A stretch of DNA of 64,000 nt. It comes from a bacterium. Lineage in GTDB: Bacteria; Krumholzibacteriota; Krumholzibacteriia; G020349025. The position numbers were made by a program, and so were the translations under genes. The notes beneath the pieces are model-generated. The model made no database searches. It was not told the DNA's origin and saw only the letters and a list, made by a program, of their open reading frames with translations. The first letter of the stretch is position 1. Each line of letters begins with the position of its first letter. Below are positions 59,987 to 64,000 of this stretch, one piece after another. The stretch spans positions 1 through 64,000 of the forward strand of contig JANLSU010000121.1 in assembly GCA_031362565.1 (NCBI GenBank), read 5' to 3'.

Positions 59987-60578
59987 CGGCCATCTCCCGC
60001 GCAAGCCGGATCAGTGCCCGGCTGACCATCATTCGGGCGGCGTCCGGCGTTCGTTGACCGAGTTCGGCGCCGATCTCGGCATAACTGCATCCCAGTTCGA
60101 CACGCGCCACAACGGCGGCTCTTTCTTCGTCGCCGAGACGTTGCAACGCCGATTCGTAGCGCGCCAGCGCTTGCGCGCCAATCAGGGCTTCGAGAGGCGA
60201 AGGGTCACTGGACACGAGAGTCTCTTCATTCCCGTCGTGGCCTGGAATTCGTGCCACGCGGCGGATTTCGTCGCGAACTCGATTGGCGATCGCTTGCCGC
60301 AAGTAAGCCTGCAGGGCGCCCGGGCGCCGCGGCTCAAAACCATCGATGTGCTTCAACGTCCGCAGCAGGGTTTCCTGCACGAGATCGTCGGTCGCCAGCA
60401 GATCGCGGGCGCGCGCCGGCAACCGGCTGTGCGCCCAGCGTCGCAACGGCGCCAAATAGCGCGCGCACAGCTGGTCGAGCGCCGTTGGATCACCCGCCTG
60501 CGCGCGTTGCAACAGCTCGAGCGACGGCGTGTCCGGAATCTCGGGCCTGGGCTGCGAGTCCGGTGCGGGCACGTCCAT
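59976..60578 (-). CDS. ECF sigma-70 factor (kinase-associated type)
   Basis: DDLVQET, YLRQAIANRVRD, SYAEIGAELG...DAARMMVSRA; overlaps the kinase start. Confidence 0.92.
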   Translation of the reverse strand: MDVPAPDSQPRPEIPDTPSLELLQRAQAGDPTALDQLCARYLAPLRRWAHSRLPARARDLLATDDLVQETLLRTLKHIDGFEPRRPGALQAYLRQAIANRVRDEIRRVARIPGHDGNEETLVSSDPSPLEALIGAQALARYESALQRLGDEERAAVVARVELGCSYAEIGAELGQRTPDAARMMVSRALIRLAREMADGV

Positions 60579-60849
60579 GCGGGCTCCCCGTATCGGAAGG
60601 GTCAAGGCCCCCATTCTAGCAGCGATCGGGGTCGCGGGCCGCAAGCAGGGTTGGATTGCCGGAGCGCGCACCGTTGCCGCCTCTTTGGAAGAGGCCGGCA
60701 CGCCGGGCCGGGCCCCCCTTCAAGAGGTACCAACGCTGGGCAGAGTCCGACCGAACATGAAATCGACGCCGGAGGGGAGATCGAGGTCGCCCTACGGAAC
60801 GGAGTTGCGGCCGGCGCCGGCGCACCACGACTCCGACGTCATGGATCGA

Positions 60850-61087
60850 TCAGTGCACCGGTTTATGGCTCGCATCCCACTTCGCCTCGACAAGGACCTT
60901 CAGTACGTCGACGGCCAGCCGCCCGATCTTTGCCTTTCCACCGACCGCGTTGCGGAAGACGATGACGCCCAGCTGCATTTCCCGATCGAAGTACATCATC
61001 GCGCTGTATCCCGCAACTCCTCCGCTGTGGCCCACCCACGTGAAGTCACCACGGCGCTGCGCCATGAAGCCGATGCCGTAGCCGAGA
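60850..61087 (-). pseudogene. C-terminal fragment of a serine hydrolase (beta-lactamase family)
   Basis: YGIGF...GHSGGVAGY...GVIVFRN; the SxxK region is absent. Confidence 0.7.
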
Positions 61088-61522
61088 CTGACCGCCGCGT
61101 TCGCGACGTTTTCGGTCATTCAGGATTCGTGTCGGACCGCCGGCAATACAGTGATCACGTATTTCTCGGTCGTGAACCTCAATTCGCCCGTGCCGGTTTG
61201 TGACCTGCACTTCCAGCCGGAGAACCCAGTCCCCGGATGCATCATGATCGCGTGCGAAGCGCCGGCCGGTTGGGGCTGTAGCTTCATTCCGATCACCGGT
61301 GGCGTTTCATGGGAAGCGCTGTTCCCCGGCCCGGACTGCATCGTCGCGGGGTCGCGCAAGGGCGGCTTCAGCTTCACTTTGGATCCGGACTTCTGCTGTT
61401 ACGTGGTCAGCTTCACGGGCCCGCAGCACGAAATACTCGGCGAACAGGAAGAATGCTTCACCTGCGTGCACGTCGGCGTGCAGAACAAGACCTGGAGCGA
61501 CGTCAAGAAGCTCTACAACTAA
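61088..61522 (+). pseudogene. 5'-truncated Cys-rich secreted protein with TWxxVKxLY tail
   Basis: Frame reads LTAAFA-TFSVIQDSC... after an in-frame TAG at 61079; ends VGVQNKTWSDVKKLYN. Confidence 0.65.
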
Positions 61523-61541
61523 TCCAAGCGCCACGCTGCTG

Positions 61542-63944
61542 TCAGGGCGTCGCTTCGGGATTCGCATTGCGGACGCCCAGCTCGCGCATCCGGTCGCGAT
61601 AGGGTTGGGCCGCCGGTTCCGATCCGGCTTGGGTCAGGATCTGGTCGAGCTTGTGCAGCAGGCTTGCCGAGTCCGGGAACAATTTCAGCGCCTCGCTCCA
61701 CGCCGCGACGGCTTGTTGGGGACGGCCTTCCTTGCGCCAGTAGTCGCCGGCCATTTCGAGCGGCACCGGCGAGTTGGAATTTGCTCGGATCATGTTGTCA
61801 ATCAGGCGCGGCAACTCTGCCGCATCCTGTGGCGTGTTGCGGCTGTCCAAAACACGTGCCAGGCCCGACCACGCCGACAGCGCATGTGTCGAATCGAAAG
61901 CGATGGCGCGCCGGTACGCACTTTCGGCGCCCTTCAGGTCGTTGCGCGCCCGCCGCAGGTCCCCGGCCGTGGAATACAGATCGGCGCGCGTGCCCAATCC
62001 CAAGTTGTAGAGACCGCGGCGCCAATGGTCGGCCAGCGAACCGCCAACATCCGGCGGATCGAGCCGCGCCAAGAGCGCATCGTCGTAGTACTTGGTGAAT
62101 TCGTCCCAGCCGGGCCGGTACACGCCGACGACGTGCGACGCCAGAATGGTGTTGTCCTTGATGCGATGCGAGAACACCAGCCGAAAGAGTGATGCACGTT
62201 GCATCCAGTCGGGAAACATCACCGGAAAAATCATCAAAAGGTCGGGACGTAAGTTGCGAATGGCGCCGAGGGTGCGCAAGTGAGCCGGCGAGAACGTCGG
62301 CGCCAAGGCGGGAGTCGCCAAGCCGAAGATGTCCACGACCGGGCGGTGCCCGAAGTATGCAGCGGCACCGATGTCACACACCGCGATTTTTTCACCGGCC
62401 GGGACGTTGGCGTCGATCCATCGCCCCAGCGTCACATCCATATCCTGAATGTTGCGCACGTTGCGCGCGTAGCGCGTCGGCAACTCCGCTGTGTGTGCGA
62501 TGAGCAACCCGAGCGCCACAGCGCCGAGCACCGCAGCCAAGAGTCGTGCGCCCGTGCCGCGCAGCGATCCCGCCGCAAGCAAGGCCAGCACCGGCACGAG
62601 CGCCAGCATGACCCCCAGGCGTTCCACTTGCAGCAGCGGGTGCAACGCGTTCTCGGGGTTGGCTCCCGGCACGATCAGCGCCAGCGCGGCCATGAACCCG
62701 GCGCCTTCGTGTGGTATCGGGTGTTCGAGGTGCAGGTGCGCGAGAAACACGATCGCCACGAGCGTCCCGCAGACGATACGCGCCCGGCGCGTTGTGAACG
62801 CCGCGAAGGCGGCGCGCCCCTCCGCACGCCACAGGGCCACGAGCCCAATCGACGCGCACACCAGGAAGAGCGGCAGGATGGCGCCAATGTAGCGGCCGTT
62901 GTGAATGGGCGGTGTCGCATGTGGCGCCGCAATACCACGCAAGAGCGGCAACCCCACGAGCACGAGCCCAGGCGCCCATGCACGCCGTGCACTGCGCGCC
63001 ACCGCCCACGCGCCGAGCGGCGCCGCCGCCAGCAGCGCCAAGTTCAGACGCGCGAAGAATGCGACGCTGAACACACCCCAGATGTACGGATACAAGGTCA
63101 ATGACACCAGCATCTCGCGGCCATCGAAGCGCGCGAGCGCCCGCAGCAGCCCGGTGTCGTGTGCCTTGGCCGCCAGCGTCGTCGGGAAAAGCGAACCCGC
63201 GTGCGACACGTTGAGAGCGAAATACGGGACCAGCAGCAGCATGCCGGCCGCTGCCGGTAGCAACGCGTTGCGCCAACCGACACCGGGCGCGGAGCCGCGT
63301 GCCGCGAGCCAGCGCTCACCGGCAAGAATCGGCAAGAGAATGAGCGTTTCCGGGCGCGCCGCAACCGCCAATGCCGCGAGTGCGCCCCACACGAACCGGC
63401 GCCGGCCCACCGGCCAGCGATAGAAGGCATCCAGAGTCGCCGTCACGAGCAATGCCGCGAGCGGCGTTTCCATTCCCGAGAGGCCGTGCCAGGCGAGTGG
63501 CGCGCAGAGTGCGGTTGCAAGCGCCGCAACAAGGCCCGCGATCTCGTCGCCGGCCAACAGGCGCGCCAGGCGCGACGCAGCAACGACGCAGCCGAGGAAC
63601 GACAGGAGCCCTAGGATCTTGGGCACCCACACGCCGGCGCCGAAGGCCGCGTACCCCGCGGCGACGAGCAACGTCCAGAGCGGCCCCGATGAGGGCTGCG
63701 CCATTTCACCGGGGTTGACGCACCAACCATGACCCTGCACCACGTTGCGGGCAATGGTGGCGTGAATCCAGGCGTCGTCGAGTGGCAGGCCCCAGTCACC
63801 GGTGAGAGCGTGTTCCGAACGCCATGCAAGCATGCAGACGAGCGCCGCGAGAACGAGCGGCACCGCGATCCCGAGCCCGCGCACCAGGCTATGGTTTCGA
63901 GCCGGAGGCCCCGCCAGAGCGTTCAACCGATCGCTCCCGGTCAC
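61542..63944 (-). CDS. GT-C-like (ArnT/PMT-type) membrane protein with C-terminal TPRs
   Basis: LDDAWIH..ARN..G.G, SGMETPL, ARPE, D.GA..Y...VDIFGL; many TMs. Confidence 0.8.
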   Translation of the reverse strand: MTGSDRLNALAGPPARNHSLVRGLGIAVPLVLAALVCMLAWRSEHALTGDWGLPLDDAWIHATIARNVVQGHGWCVNPGEMAQPSSGPLWTLLVAAGYAAFGAGVWVPKILGLLSFLGCVVAASRLARLLAGDEIAGLVAALATALCAPLAWHGLSGMETPLAALLVTATLDAFYRWPVGRRRFVWGALAALAVAARPETLILLPILAGERWLAARGSAPGVGWRNALLPAAAGMLLLVPYFALNVSHAGSLFPTTLAAKAHDTGLLRALARFDGREMLVSLTLYPYIWGVFSVAFFARLNLALLAAAPLGAWAVARSARRAWAPGLVLVGLPLLRGIAAPHATPPIHNGRYIGAILPLFLVCASIGLVALWRAEGRAAFAAFTTRRARIVCGTLVAIVFLAHLHLEHPIPHEGAGFMAALALIVPGANPENALHPLLQVERLGVMLALVPVLALLAAGSLRGTGARLLAAVLGAVALGLLIAHTAELPTRYARNVRNIQDMDVTLGRWIDANVPAGEKIAVCDIGAAAYFGHRPVVDIFGLATPALAPTFSPAHLRTLGAIRNLRPDLLMIFPVMFPDWMQRASLFRLVFSHRIKDNTILASHVVGVYRPGWDEFTKYYDDALLARLDPPDVGGSLADHWRRGLYNLGLGTRADLYSTAGDLRRARNDLKGAESAYRRAIAFDSTHALSAWSGLARVLDSRNTPQDAAELPRLIDNMIRANSNSPVPLEMAGDYWRKEGRPQQAVAAWSEALKLFPDSASLLHKLDQILTQAGSEPAAQPYRDRMRELGVRNANPEATP

Positions 63945-64000
63945 CGCAGATTGTGAAACACTTTCTGCACGTCGTCGTCCTGTTCGAGCCGGTCGATGAG
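63941..64000 (-). CDS. yebC: C-terminus of a YebC/PmpR family protein (partial)
   Basis: LIDRLEQDDDVQKVFHNLR* matches the typical YebC C-terminus. Confidence 0.8.
   Translation of the reverse strand, partial: LIDRLEQDDDVQKVFHNLR

Overview
A GC-rich bacterial window. Many secreted proteins end in either an FlgD-Ig-like PNPFNP domain or a short TWxx(I/V)KxxY tail, which suggests (inference only) a Latescibacterota/Krumholzibacteriota/Eisenbacteria-like organism rather than an actinomycete. The main feature is a complete enediyne-type PKS cassette at about 37.2-48.6 kb: PKSE, thioesterase E10, and E3/DUF1702, E4/UnbV and E5/UnbU homologues. It is split into two divergent operons, with an unknown gene between E4 and E5 and no recognisable enediyne tailoring genes. 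It is flanked by an MMPL/RND exporter, a tandem pair of secreted 'SFFD' proteins (a third homologue lies on the other side), an anion-type ABC importer with a CHLTC motif, and a dehydratase-cyclodeaminase-dehydratase operon. A second notable locus is an ECF sigma / membrane Ser-Thr kinase / secreted TPR-CHAT protease operon (54.9-60.6 kb) in which the kinase ectodomain and the protease share a 12-residue RxRGIGxLx[DE]VG motif. The first 12.6 kb hold a NarL-type two-component system with a repeated palindromic site, a type IV TA pair, a large HNH protein and many short gene fragments. The middle (12.6-29.5 kb) is mostly ordinary metabolic and stress genes. No rRNA, tRNA or CRISPR array was seen. 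All calls come from motif recognition by eye; no searches were run.
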